In this document: positions 29,176 through 38,744 of the stretch, one piece after another
How the letters are laid out: the number at the start of each line of letters is the position of its first letter
How positions within the stretch are numbered: the first letter of the stretch is position 1
Virus record (IMG/VR): IMGVR_UViG_3300045999_009338
Span: 11,374-75,373 of that record
Direction: 5' to 3' (one strand)
DNA length: 64,000 nucleotides
Source: a virus
Position numbers and translations under genes: made by a program
The notes under the pieces: generated by a model
What the model was told of the DNA's origin: nothing
Seen by the model: the letters and a program-made list of their open reading frames with translations, nothing else
The model's database searches: none

Positions 29176-29727
29176 TTTGCGTTTGCCTTGGTCTTGTCCG
29201 TCTAGCTTGCGCTGAAATTCTTTGGCCTCCTGCTCCTTGCCATAGAGCCAAGCTCTAGTGCTTTGTCCTGGCTTGGGACCATTACGAGGAAGCTTGATGA
29301 CTTTGAAGCCGCTGGGAACTGAGTTGGTCATGATTGCTTGCGAAGCTTGCAAATCCTACCACAATCCCATTTTCCCATCAAAATGGACAGTTCCAGGATT
29401 GGCCCTCTTGTAAAAATTTGGCGGGGGTGTGTACACTGGTTCCGGAAAGTCCCGCGAGTATCCAAGAGATCTCAGACGGGCATTCCAGGGGGGCTACAAG
29501 CCTACGCTGCATGGCCAGCCAGAGCAAGCGGAGCCCCCAAGGGCGAAGCGCATCAGTCACCAGGCCAAGATTCCCTAAAAAGAACAGGCCAGACGAGGCC
29601 TCAAGCCTCCGCGATGCCGCTCAAGCCAGAGTGGAGCCCCCAAGGGCGGAACGTTCAAGCCAGAAGGCAAAGGAAACCTTCAAGCAAGAAGAACGTCACT
29701 AACATTGCAAAGGAATCTTCCTAAGCA

Positions 29728-29964
29728 ATGCTTCTTCCGCCCAAGCAAGTAGAAAAGCTCCCTCTGCTAGAACACAATGGAGCAGAAATCCTGCCCATTA
29801 TTCATCACGGTTTTTCAAAGCCTGCGAAAGGGCCGCAACCAGCGGCCCGTACTCTCTATGGAGCCCGTGATAACAATGGCGAACGCCATTGGCGAGGAAG
29901 CCTGCATGAAATCCAGCAATTGATTGATAGTGGTTTCGCAGTGCAGGAGCAGACCAATGCGTGA
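29728..29964 (+). CDS. Hypothetical protein
   Basis: 78-aa ORF at the start of a + strand run. Confidence 0.5.
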   Translation: MLLPPKQVEKLPLLEHNGAEILPIIHHGFSKPAKGPQPAARTLYGARDNNGERHWRGSLHEIQQLIDSGFAVQEQTNA

Positions 29965-30175
29965 ATTCTGCACCAATCCCAAGGACTGCATGGCTCTCGC
30001 TTACGAGCGTGAAGCTGAGCATGAAATGGACGCTCGTGGGCTTGATGCTGCCTATGCAGAAATTGTCGATAGCTTCCATAAAGAAATGGAAGAATTCATC
30101 CGCAAGTATTGCCCGAAAAAGCTAAATGAATTTGATGACTTGCTAGAAAAAGCTTTCTGGCAGTATCATTGAATC

Positions 30176-30349
30176 ATGATTGAATCAGGCGACGATCTTC
30201 AACGTCTTATTGACGATGCCATTCGTCGCCATGAAATCAGAGTGGCAATAATGAGCGGCGCTTTAGGCGCCGCTCTTCTGCTAGGAACGTTTCACGCAAT
30301 TGCATTGCTTCGTCATGAATTACACTCCCTCGCCATTGTCGCAAGCTGA
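30176..30349 (+). CDS. Small membrane protein (57 aa), not in the ORF track
   Basis: MIESGDDLQRLIDDAIRRHEIRVAIMSGALGAALLLGTFHAI... Confidence 0.5.
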   Translation: MIESGDDLQRLIDDAIRRHEIRVAIMSGALGAALLLGTFHAIALLRHELHSLAIVAS

Positions 30350-30494
30350 ATGGGAAGAGCTTTGTATGTTGAAACGAGCCATTGATGATGCTCCGGCCAC
30401 TGTCGTGGCCTCGCGCATGGAGCGCTTCACAGAATTATTTGTTCGTACTCTCCATGGAAAGGGAGATACAATGCGAGAAGCAAAATAATAAAGA

Positions 30495-31250
30495 ATGCCT
30501 CGTCCTGAGATTGAATTTGCTACGCCTGAAGAAGAAGAGGCCTATGCAAGAAACGCTTTAGCGAAGGCGGGAGTGCCAATCACGCAATATGAAGCCATTC
30601 GAGAACATAAATCACATGGCGGTAATCGTGGTGCCGGCATCTATACCAAAGAAATGCTGGGCGTTAGGCGATGGATGGTGCAAGAGCTTCTTGCTGCAAA
30701 AATGAGCAATCGCCAGATTGCGAATGTTCTAAAACTAAGCAAAGAAACAGTTAATGGTGATCGCCACTTCAATAGGGATCTCTATACGCAAGAAATCCTA
30801 AAGAATCAAGATACGCATAGAGCGCGTCTCTTGAAAGAACAAATGGAGCTGAAAGACTTGGCTCTTCGTAGCTTTGAAAATAGCAAGCGCAAGAAAACAG
30901 TCACCATTATGGACGGCGGTGACGATGGTGGGAAGGAGATGGTGAAGATCGAAGAAAGCGCTGGCGACGCATCGTTCCTTAACGTAGCCAAGAACTCCTT
31001 GGTCGAACAAGCGAAGCTGCTTGGCCTCAATGAAATCAAGCAAGTGGAAAGTCAAGACACGTCTTACAGGAAGTTCTTGAAAGATTTGTCTTCCACCATT
31101 GAAAAGGAGAAGGAAGCCAAGGCTACGGAAGAGCGCAGGGGCAATTCTCTACTTGCGTCCGCTGAGACCATTAGTTTCGACGCAGAGCCAGAAAACGAGC
31201 CACTTCCTGACGCCATGCCTTTACAAACAATTAACGAAGATGACTATTGA
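30495..31250 (+). CDS. HTH protein, candidate terminase small subunit
   Basis: MSNRQIANVLKLSKETVNGD HTH; GDASFL...AKLLGL motif common in TerS-like proteins. Confidence 0.55.
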   Translation: MPRPEIEFATPEEEEAYARNALAKAGVPITQYEAIREHKSHGGNRGAGIYTKEMLGVRRWMVQELLAAKMSNRQIANVLKLSKETVNGDRHFNRDLYTQEILKNQDTHRARLLKEQMELKDLALRSFENSKRKKTVTIMDGGDDGGKEMVKIEESAGDASFLNVAKNSLVEQAKLLGLNEIKQVESQDTSYRKFLKDLSSTIEKEKEAKATEERRGNSLLASAETISFDAEPENEPLPDAMPLQTINEDDY

Positions 31251-31298
31251 CAATGGTCCCTTGCGGGACCATTATGAGCCAATCTTCCCTTCCTTCCA

Positions 31299-31724
31299 TT
31301 GGACGCTTTCGATTCCGTTGATCAGTTTCTTCGCCAGGCAGTAGCTGCGAAGGATGGCAAGCGGCATGCCATTAGCGCTTCGCTTTCGCCTCATCTGCAA
31401 GATCATGGCACCGTAGGCATTCCGCCGAAACTGGCCGGCACTATTGAAGCCATGCTGCAGAAACATGGTGACGAGGCCTACAGGCAAATTGCGCTGTTCT
31501 GCCTTGGCAAGTGGTTCGAGACTCACATTGGTATGTTCGAGGAGCTGATTGGCGAAGAGCCCAGCATGGGCTGTAGCTGTCTAATGGACGCCACTCGCAT
31601 CGCTGATGCTCTCCATCTCCTGTCGGAAATCAATAGCATTGGAGGCGATGGCGGATGGCGCATCATGCTTGAAGAAACGCTCAGTCAGCACATTCTTGAA
31701 GAGCTTGAGGAGGAACGTTGGTAA
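31299..31724 (+). CDS. Hypothetical protein
   Basis: 141-aa ORF. Confidence 0.5.
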   Translation: MDAFDSVDQFLRQAVAAKDGKRHAISASLSPHLQDHGTVGIPPKLAGTIEAMLQKHGDEAYRQIALFCLGKWFETHIGMFEELIGEEPSMGCSCLMDATRIADALHLLSEINSIGGDGGWRIMLEETLSQHILEELEEERW

Positions 31725-32063
31725 TGGCTTCCACTTGTCGCACTTTTCTCATTACTACTTACGAAGGGAGGAAAATCGCCCTGGGGGCGATTTCCGCAAA
31801 ACAAGCTGAACACTTTATGCTTGCAATGCGTCCTGACGTGAGAATTGCAATGATTGAGGAAATCCCTCCACTTCCTGAAGATCCCAAGCTGTGACCTTTT
31901 CTTTCCATTGCAACGACAAAACCGGCCATCTCCGCATGGGAAAGTTTTGTTTTCAATGGCGCAATAGCTTCATCCTTGGCACAATGTACGACGGTTTTGG
32001 CGAAAGCCAATTGACCATCGGCAATCGCTCCTTCCATTTCGGACAATTTCGTTTCGCTTAATC

Positions 32064-32486
32064 ATGGACTTTCAGCTCTCCATTGTTGAAGAGCATTCCC
32101 TTCCTCGCATGGTTCACATTTGCATTCCTCCGCAATTACAAGAGGAAGCACGAGCCTTGGCCATGGAAAATCCTCCTATTCATCCTGCATGGCGAAAGGC
32201 TCAAGCCAGAGGCAAGCATTTCGTGATTGCCACTAACGAGCTTGATGACATCACAGAGCTTGCAGACTTTGCTCGCACTAACATTGAAGAGCCCGAAGGA
32301 CCAATGAGCAAGCCAAAGCGCCAGGCCTATCAGATTTTGCTAGACAGGGCATTCAGGCATGCAGAACTGGAGCCTATGGGCTCCTGCCATGCCATTGCCA
32401 CCAAGTGGCGAGACAAGCCTTTGCCGATCACCAAGAACCTGAGCATCGCCACTCAGGCCTTGCGTAAGCCATCGCAAGCTTTGTAA
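32064..32486 (+). CDS. Hypothetical protein
   Basis: 140-aa ORF followed by a terminator. Confidence 0.55.
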   Translation: MDFQLSIVEEHSLPRMVHICIPPQLQEEARALAMENPPIHPAWRKAQARGKHFVIATNELDDITELADFARTNIEEPEGPMSKPKRQAYQILLDRAFRHAELEPMGSCHAIATKWRDKPLPITKNLSIATQALRKPSQAL

Positions 32487-32543
32487 ACAAATGTTACGGC
32501 ATCAGAACGGCCCCCTTGATGGGGGCCTTTTTGCTGGCACACT

Positions 32544-32921
32544 ATGCACATGCGACGGCGAACGTCGCTAGTCCTCCGCTTTTCCATCGTGACCACCACG
32601 TTCAGTCACACTCTTCCTAATCAGCCCATCTGTGCCTTTAAGGATGGAGAACTGGCAATGTTCTTTGGCCAGCCAATGGTGACGCGCAGCTTCTCCATGG
32701 GAGATCTGCAAGAATTTATTTGCACCATTGAAAAGGCTATTGATGAAGAGCCTAATTTCGTGCAACAGATGGCTCTTGAGCGCATTCGCTGTGCCTTTGT
32801 TGTGAGCCTGGAAATGCTCAAGGAAAACCATGAAGAGCTTCAGAAAGAAGCTCCTCTTGGCGCTGATTTTGAAGAGTATTTGATGAACTACAACAACGCA
32901 ATTAAAGGAGGCAAACTGTGA
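32544..32921 (+). CDS. Hypothetical protein
   Basis: ORF after a regulatory module; start uncertain. Confidence 0.45.
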   Translation: MHMRRRTSLVLRFSIVTTTFSHTLPNQPICAFKDGELAMFFGQPMVTRSFSMGDLQEFICTIEKAIDEEPNFVQQMALERIRCAFVVSLEMLKENHEELQKEAPLGADFEEYLMNYNNAIKGGKL

Positions 32922-33226
32922 CTTCCACTCCCAAAGACAGGCTCGCAGAAGCTATTTTTGAATATTTTGACGATGACAATGGAGACCAGCTCATTAAAGA
33001 TCTCGCGGAATTGTTGGCGCAAGATCGGGATCATCATCTTAGGAAATTTCGCGCTCTCTCTCATGCCTACGAACAACTCTTTGGCCAATCATTCTGATCT
33101 TGACTGGGACCATGACAAACGAAGCGTTATGCAGCTTGCCACTGCGAAGCTTGAGCGCAGACTCCAATACTGGAAGGAGAAAGAGCAAGAGGAAATCCTC
33201 AAGCGTTATCGTCTCATCACTTCCAT

Positions 33227-33583
33227 TTGATCATGATTCAAGATTCTTCTCCGATCACTCCGCCGCCTGAGCTGGTGGAGCAGTGGCGAGAGCAGGCCCC
33301 GCGTTTCCGAGACGGTGGCATTGCCCGCGAAGACTGGCTGATGACCCGCGCCGCCCAGTGGGGCGCTGACATTGAGCTGGAGGCGTGCTGTGAGTGGCTG
33401 CACTGGCAAAATCTAGCGACACACCCGGAGCTAATCCCATCACTCCGCGCCGCTCGCCGCCCCAAACCGTCAAGCTTGAAGGAACAGGCGCTGCTGGCGA
33501 TTGACACCGCTGTTGCCGATGATCGCTTGTCAGCAGATGTCGCCACCATCGTCCGCCGCGCCCTGGAGCAACTCGATGACTGA
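33227..33583 (+). CDS. Cyanophage-type hypothetical protein
   Basis: ITPPPELVEQW...AAQWGAD.ELEACCEWL...LRAARRPKP.SLKEQAL. Confidence 0.65.
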   Translation: MIMIQDSSPITPPPELVEQWREQAPRFRDGGIAREDWLMTRAAQWGADIELEACCEWLHWQNLATHPELIPSLRAARRPKPSSLKEQALLAIDTAVADDRLSADVATIVRRALEQLDD

Positions 33584-34085
33584 CCTCTCCCCCGCCGCGC
33601 AGAAAAACGAAAGCCGGGAGTTTTTGGCTGAGTGGTTCGAGTACGACACCAACAGCCCGTCTTGTCTTAAGTGGAAAAAACGCCCACCTCATGGACGCAA
33701 AGGAGCCGGAGATTTCTGTGGTTACTTGTCTAAGTATTACAGGGTTAGGCTTATGGGTCACTGGTATCAATGCCACAGAATCATTCTGATCCTTCACGAC
33801 ATCAATCCGTGCGCAGGCCAAGTGGCAGATCACATAAATCGAAACAAGCTCGATAATCGCCTAGAGAATCTGCGATGGTTAAACCCGAGCCAAAATCACC
33901 GCAATACGGCAGGCAGTGCAACGTCTGGCTGGAAACACGCACGATTAACAAAAGAGAATACTTATAGGGCTAACTACCGTTACCCAGGAGAAAACAGGAC
34001 GGTGTTCTGTGGAACGTACAAAACCGCAGAACAAGCTCACTACATGGCCATTGCTCATAAGCTAGAAAACTACTGGAGACCTTGA
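33576..34085 (+). CDS. HNH homing endonuclease
   Basis: HRII...ADHINRNKLDNRLENLRW...N; ATG at 33576 overlaps the upstream stop. Confidence 0.8.
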   Translation: MTDLSPAAQKNESREFLAEWFEYDTNSPSCLKWKKRPPHGRKGAGDFCGYLSKYYRVRLMGHWYQCHRIILILHDINPCAGQVADHINRNKLDNRLENLRWLNPSQNHRNTAGSATSGWKHARLTKENTYRANYRYPGENRTVFCGTYKTAEQAHYMAIAHKLENYWRP

Positions 34086-34086
34086 A

Positions 34087-34320
34087 ATGACTAGCCTTTC
34101 ACCACAAGCGCAGGCGGTGCTGGATGCCGCTGAAGATGATTGCATTCACCCCACCGATTTGCACAAAATCGTTGCCGCCGCCCTGCGAGCTGCTGCGGAT
34201 CAGGTGGTGCCAGAAATGGTCAACGCTGTTGGCGACGAACACGACAACGCCCGCCGTGAGCAGTGGATTCGCATTCGGCGCAAATTCCTCGCCATTGCTG
34301 TCGAGCTTGAAGCCCAGTAG
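34087..34320 (+). CDS. LSPAAQA/AAALRAAA family protein, copy 1
   Basis: Shared motifs with 34741, 34938 and 35159. Confidence 0.65.
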   Translation: MTSLSPQAQAVLDAAEDDCIHPTDLHKIVAAALRAAADQVVPEMVNAVGDEHDNARREQWIRIRRKFLAIAVELEAQ

Positions 34321-34343
34321 CCCATCCCACTACGAGACCTGAA

Positions 34344-34550
34344 ATGATTAACCCAAGTCTTCCGATTCCCGTCCCCTCTAAAGACCGTGCTCCACGCGAT
34401 GAGGACTGCAATGAAAAGGGGGAGTGCTGGCATTGGGATGTGTCTAGTGACTCCTGGACGCTTTATAGGGCTACATGGCTGCACGATCCCGACACCTACG
34501 AGGTTTCTCCTTATTGGCTGCCTTTCAGCTCACTTCCGTGCCCCTCTTAG
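34344..34550 (+). CDS. Trp-rich hypothetical protein
   Basis: PIPV...P..EDC...GECW...YWLP. Confidence 0.55.
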   Translation: MINPSLPIPVPSKDRAPRDEDCNEKGECWHWDVSSDSWTLYRATWLHDPDTYEVSPYWLPFSSLPCPS

Positions 34551-34740
34551 TCCGATCAGATAAACACCATGACGAATCACTCCGAATCTCCGTACCAGTT
34601 ATTTACCCCTCCCACCCCGAAAGGGTATTGGATAATTGGAAAAAGCAACTGGTATCAAACCAAGTTTACTATGTATAAAAAACCAAACAGACTTCATCGA
34701 CTCATGACAAAATTCTTGCTCGGATGGGACTGGGTTGATA

Positions 34741-34941
34741 ATGGCTGAACTTTCACCTGCTGCACTGGCAGTTCTCACTGCCTTCAACAAAGGTTGGGAT
34801 CCAAACTTGCCCGCCGCCCTGCGGGCTGCTGCGAATGAGGTTGATAATCTCTTCTGCGAAAGCGGTTTGGACGACAGGGACGGTCTGGAATTTGCCATAG
34901 GCCAACTTTTTTTGATCGCCCGCGAACTTGAATCCCAATGA
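34741..34941 (+). CDS. LSPAAQA/AAALRAAA family protein, copy 2
   Basis: LSPAALAVL...AALRAAA...IARELESQ. Confidence 0.65.
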   Translation: MAELSPAALAVLTAFNKGWDPNLPAALRAAANEVDNLFCESGLDDRDGLEFAIGQLFLIARELESQ

Positions 34942-35162
34942 CTAAACAACTTTCACCTGCTGCTCAATCCGTCCTTGATGCTTTCTTTGCCGGCGATTGG
35001 CAAGATGAACCACTGCACTCAAACCTCGCCGCCGCTCTTCGTGCTGCAATAACCGCTGTTGGTTCCGAGGAGATTTTTCATCCAACCTCAAAACGCACCG
35101 ATGGTGTCAAGTGGTGCGTACAACGCATTTACGCAATCGCTAACGAGCTTGAAGCCCAATGA
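34938..35162 (+). CDS. LSPAAQA/AAALRAAA family protein, copy 3
   Basis: LSPAAQSVLDA...AAALRAA...IANELEAQ. Confidence 0.65.
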   Translation: MTKQLSPAAQSVLDAFFAGDWQDEPLHSNLAAALRAAITAVGSEEIFHPTSKRTDGVKWCVQRIYAIANELEAQ

Positions 35163-35380
35163 CTCAACAACTTTCACCTATTGCTCAGGCGGTGCAGTTT
35201 GCCGCTTTTCGCGTCTACGACGAAGAGGAACTTCTTTATGTAGTTCCCGCCGAAAAACATGCAGGCATGGTTGCTGCTGCCGCCCTTCGTGCTGCTGCTG
35301 AGAATTTCCTTATGGATTGGGACGCTATTCAGTGTTGCGACTTCCTTCTTGACATGGCCGATGAGCTTGAGGCTCAGTAG
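35159..35380 (+). CDS. LSPAAQA/AAALRAAA family protein, copy 4
   Basis: LSPIAQAV...AAALRAAA...MADELEAQ. Confidence 0.65.
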   Translation: MTQQLSPIAQAVQFAAFRVYDEEELLYVVPAEKHAGMVAAAALRAAAENFLMDWDAIQCCDFLLDMADELEAQ

Positions 35381-35958
35381 CTAGATCCTTTTGGTTCTTG
35401 TCAAATTATCAGGATTTCCAATAAACGCCATTTATCAAGAATCCTGCTAAAGCCCCTCAAGGGGCTTTTTCTTTGCCCAAGAACGATCACCAGGAAGAGG
35501 CTCCATCCCTACGTCCCAAGTGTCGTATGTATCTTTGTTGCGCGGATCGTACATTTCCCCGCTTGCCATCCATCGCTTCAGCCTTTCCCTCTCCTGCTCT
35601 GCAGAAAGCTTCATGACAATCTCCTAGCTCTTTAAGCATAGGCACAAGAGAAGGGGCCTTACAGCCCCTTCTCTTCACACCCTCCGATGCCCCTTTCCCT
35701 AAAGATGCAAGGGAGATGATGCGCCTCGCAGGAGACCATGCATAACTCCTTGGCTAAGCCATACGGCTTTGCCCGCATCATCAGAGGCGTCCACCCTCAC
35801 GGCTCGCCCGAAGACGAGAGCAGCAATTAAGCCGCTAGGACCGAGTGCTCAAGAATCATAACATGCTTTGTCCGCTCGGCACTAACTGCTCGTTTCATGG
35901 CACAATGGGCATTGCCTTGTCGGAGACGACATGGCCCTCGCTAGTTCTTTCGTACTAA

Positions 35959-36309
35959 TTGATGAAACGTCTTTTTCTTTCCCTTCTGCTGCTTTGCCCC
36001 TTACAAGCGCAAGCGGCCCTCGAATGTGGCTACGCCTCGCACTACGGCATCTCAGATGGCTACCACGGCCAGCGCACTGCAAGCGGATCCACGTTCAATG
36101 CCTATTCCATGACTGCTGCCCATCCCTGGCTTCCATTTGGCACGCGACTGCGTGTGAAGAACCGTAACAATGGAAAGTCAGTGACAGTGACAGTCGTTGA
36201 TCGCGGCCCATACTACGGAGGCCGAATCTTGGACCTGTCCTACGGCAGCTTTGCTCGCATTGCTTCTCCTTCTCAAGGCGAAGCTTCCATCTGCATCTCA
36301 AGACTATGA
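35959..36309 (+). CDS. rlpA: RlpA-like double-psi beta-barrel lytic transglycosylase with signal peptide
   Basis: G.ASHYG, G.RTASG..F, TAAH..LPFGT, V.DRGPY..GRILDLS. Confidence 0.9.
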   Translation: MMKRLFLSLLLLCPLQAQAALECGYASHYGISDGYHGQRTASGSTFNAYSMTAAHPWLPFGTRLRVKNRNNGKSVTVTVVDRGPYYGGRILDLSYGSFARIASPSQGEASICISRL

Positions 36310-36494
36310 AAGACGCAGCTTCTTTCCTGCTGGTAAGCCTAGTCATTGGACTAGGCGCATTTGCCATTGCAGCCTCCCCTAACGTGACAGCTAACAAGGA
36401 GGGCCTTGACAAATGCCTGCAGCTCCACCCCGAACGCTACTGTCGCATTGCCAACGGCTTCCCCGTGGCAAAGCTTGACAGCCAAGCCAAGTAG
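36306..36494 (+). CDS. Small exported/membrane protein
   Basis: N-terminal hydrophobic helix; C...HP.RYC. Confidence 0.5.
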   Translation: MKDAASFLLVSLVIGLGAFAIAASPNVTANKEGLDKCLQLHPERYCRIANGFPVAKLDSQAK

Positions 36495-36580
36495 GTCTAC
36501 AGTCCCCTCGGTCGATGGGAAAGGAGCTTCGCAAGAGGCTCCCCCTTTCTTCCTAGTTCCTTCGCTGGCGACAGCTCCTC

Positions 36581-36859
36581 ATGGACAAAACCAACAAAAT
36601 CAAACAGTTCATTTTCAATGCTGGTCACAGCATTGTTTCAGTGGAATTCATCAAGGCTGATGGTTCCATTCGCAAGCTCCAATTCAATCCTTGGGACACC
36701 AAGGAAATCAAAGGCACTGGCACGGCAGTAAAGAAGCCCAGCATTGTCCGCTGTCGTGATTTCTCCATTGCTCGCAAGGAAGGAGAAGGTGCTTGGCGTT
36801 CGTTTGATTGTGAGCGCGTGGTGAGCATCAAGGCTAACGGTCAAACCCTCGTCTTCTGA
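36581..36859 (+). CDS. WYL/Sm-like SH3-fold protein
   Basis: SVEFIKADGSIRK...WRSF motif. Confidence 0.6.
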   Translation: MDKTNKIKQFIFNAGHSIVSVEFIKADGSIRKLQFNPWDTKEIKGTGTAVKKPSIVRCRDFSIARKEGEGAWRSFDCERVVSIKANGQTLVF

Positions 36860-36862
36860 ATC

Positions 36863-37069
36863 ATGGCTCTCACAAAAACGCAACAAGCCATCGCAAGAAT
36901 GGTTTCTGACAATGCCCGCCACAAATGGAAAGATTACAGTGCCGATGATCGTTCTTCTGCTCGCAGCTTTATTCTTTCCCGCGCTAATAAGCCCGCTTAT
37001 GAAAGCAAGAAAGACTTGCTAATTACGCTTGCAAATGCTTTGCAAGATGACATCTGGAAAGTGCTTTAA
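36863..37069 (+). CDS. Hypothetical protein
   Basis: Tightly packed ORF. Confidence 0.5.
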   Translation: MALTKTQQAIARMVSDNARHKWKDYSADDRSSARSFILSRANKPAYESKKDLLITLANALQDDIWKVL

Positions 37070-37257
37070 TGGCGCTTAAGGACAACAGGCGAGAACTATT
37101 TGCGCTCGTTAAAAAGCATGGCTTTGTTTTACATCGACAAACAAAGCATTTCATCTTTAAACATTCTTCTGGCAAAATCCTAGTGTGCAGCAAAAGCACA
37201 GATGATCGGCGCAGCTTGAAGAATGTAGAGCGCGATATTAAACGCTTGTTGTCTTAA
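37069..37257 (+). CDS. HicA-like mRNA interferase fold protein
   Basis: Basic 62 aa; GFVLHRQTKHFIFKH.SG pattern. Confidence 0.6.
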   Translation: MALKDNRRELFALVKKHGFVLHRQTKHFIFKHSSGKILVCSKSTDDRRSLKNVERDIKRLLS

Positions 37258-37287
37258 TTTTTTGTTCATTTCTTTTCTTCAAAAACA

Positions 37288-37659
37288 ATGCTTTCCCTCC
37301 TTCTCGCAACTGCCCTGCCCGAACTACCCCCCGTGCAGCAACAAGCTCCCACCAAGGAAGAAGCGCTCCTGGAGCGCATCATCAAAGAAGGGCAAACTGC
37401 CACTGAGCGTAAATTTGGCGATTGCCATTACGCATGGGGCTCCTGGAAGCTCTCTTCTGATGGCGTGAGGACTACCACTCGCCAATGCAAAGACGAGAGC
37501 GCTCAAACGCCCGTGCCCATTGCTGTGAGCTGTCCTCTGCTCAAAGTGAACGTGCTTCAAGACAAGCAATGGCAGGGCTGGCGGAGTCCAGTGGCAAAAG
37601 GAGCTAAGCCAGGCGAAGCCAATATGGTCGCTGCCCTCTGCGCCAACGTCACCAACTGA
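37288..37659 (+). CDS. Exported protein
   Basis: Short signal-like N-terminus; IAVSC..L..N. Confidence 0.5.
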   Translation: MLSLLLATALPELPPVQQQAPTKEEALLERIIKEGQTATERKFGDCHYAWGSWKLSSDGVRTTTRQCKDESAQTPVPIAVSCPLLKVNVLQDKQWQGWRSPVAKGAKPGEANMVAALCANVTN

Positions 37660-37732
37660 GCTTTGTAACGAAAAGCTACAGGCCCCGGAAACGGGGCCTT
37701 TTTCTTGTATTGTTCCTAAGTCTTCGGCAGCG

Positions 37733-38005
37733 ATGCTTCCTCTCATGGCAACCATTCCCACCATCCATCTCAACGGCACCGGCTTCACCACGCTGCGCGA
37801 TGAATACGCTGCTGCTTACGATGCCATCGACAAAGCTATTGATGCACTCGCTGCTGCCACTCTTAATGGCAGAGACTATTATCCGCAGCCCGATGGCGCG
37901 TTCTATAAGGCTCGTGACGAGCGCCAAGCAGCTCTCGACAAGCTGCGTGAAGCTCATCAATACGTCGGCGAAATGCTCGCTGGTATTTGCGACCAGCAAC
38001 GATGA
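37733..38005 (+). CDS. Hypothetical early protein
   Basis: PTIHLNGT...NGRDYYPQ...ARDER motif family. Confidence 0.6.
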   Translation: MLPLMATIPTIHLNGTGFTTLRDEYAAAYDAIDKAIDALAAATLNGRDYYPQPDGAFYKARDERQAALDKLREAHQYVGEMLAGICDQQR

Positions 38006-38101
38006 AGAGCTGGGCTAGGCTTCACGAGGCCTAGCCCTCACAGCGTGCTCCATCGCTGGTAACGCCTCAATGAAGAAATCATTGGGAGCATTCATCTTAT
38101 C

Positions 38102-38311
38102 ATGCCTTTTCCCATTGGAACCCTTGTTGATCTCTACGATTCAGGCTTCCAACAATGGAGAGGCGAATACACCGTTGTCAAAATCATGGAAACTGGCCTG
38201 CATAAGATCAAAAACACTAAAACCAATAGCCAGCAGTTCGTAAAGGAAACTGCTCTCCGCATGGGCCGGCTCCGGCCCTTTCGCGTTGAGAGCCTTTATG
38301 AAGGTTTGTAA
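38102..38311 (+). CDS. SH3-like hypothetical protein
   Basis: FPIGTLV...YTVVK. Confidence 0.5.
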   Translation: MPFPIGTLVDLYDSGFQQWRGEYTVVKIMETGLHKIKNTKTNSQQFVKETALRMGRLRPFRVESLYEGL

Positions 38312-38386
38312 CAGGCCTCGATAGAGGCCCTGCCATGCTGTATTGTTCTTCTCACAGGCGGCGACGCCTCCCTTTGCTTTCTTTCC

Positions 38387-38677
38387 ATGGTCTCCTATTC
38401 CATCCTCTGCACCAACTCCCGCAATGGCGGCCAGTGCGAGCTTCTCATTGATGCAGCCTCTCCCGAGCAGGCTCAGCAGCATGTTGCAGATTCTCGTCCC
38501 TCTTACATCATTAAGACCATTGAGCCTGTAGAGCGCAAGTTCGTCTGCTATGGCTTCTGTCGTAGAAATCAGCGTAATGACGCTCTTTCATACATCACTT
38601 TTTCTGCCGAGCAAGCACGTTCCATCTGCCAACAGCTCCATCCTGATTTTGCCATTGATCGTGTTGAGCTTGTGTGA
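38387..38677 (+). CDS. Hypothetical protein with an internal duplication
   Basis: AASPEQAQQH / TFSAEQARSI halves. Confidence 0.55.
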   Translation: MVSYSILCTNSRNGGQCELLIDAASPEQAQQHVADSRPSYIIKTIEPVERKFVCYGFCRRNQRNDALSYITFSAEQARSICQQLHPDFAIDRVELV

Positions 38678-38744
38678 AGCTTTGTGACAACGGGGCCGAT
38701 TACGGCCCCTTCCAAATTATTGTTCTCTTGTTCGCAACGAAACC

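Noticed and set aside
29334-29724. Overlapping 122-128 aa ORFs after the primase
   Set aside because: No recognisable motifs; the region is dominated by hairpin repeats
35775-35786. Hammerhead ribozyme (CUGAUGA on the minus strand)
   Set aside because: The motif is sequestered in a long helix and there is no correctly placed GAAA/stem III
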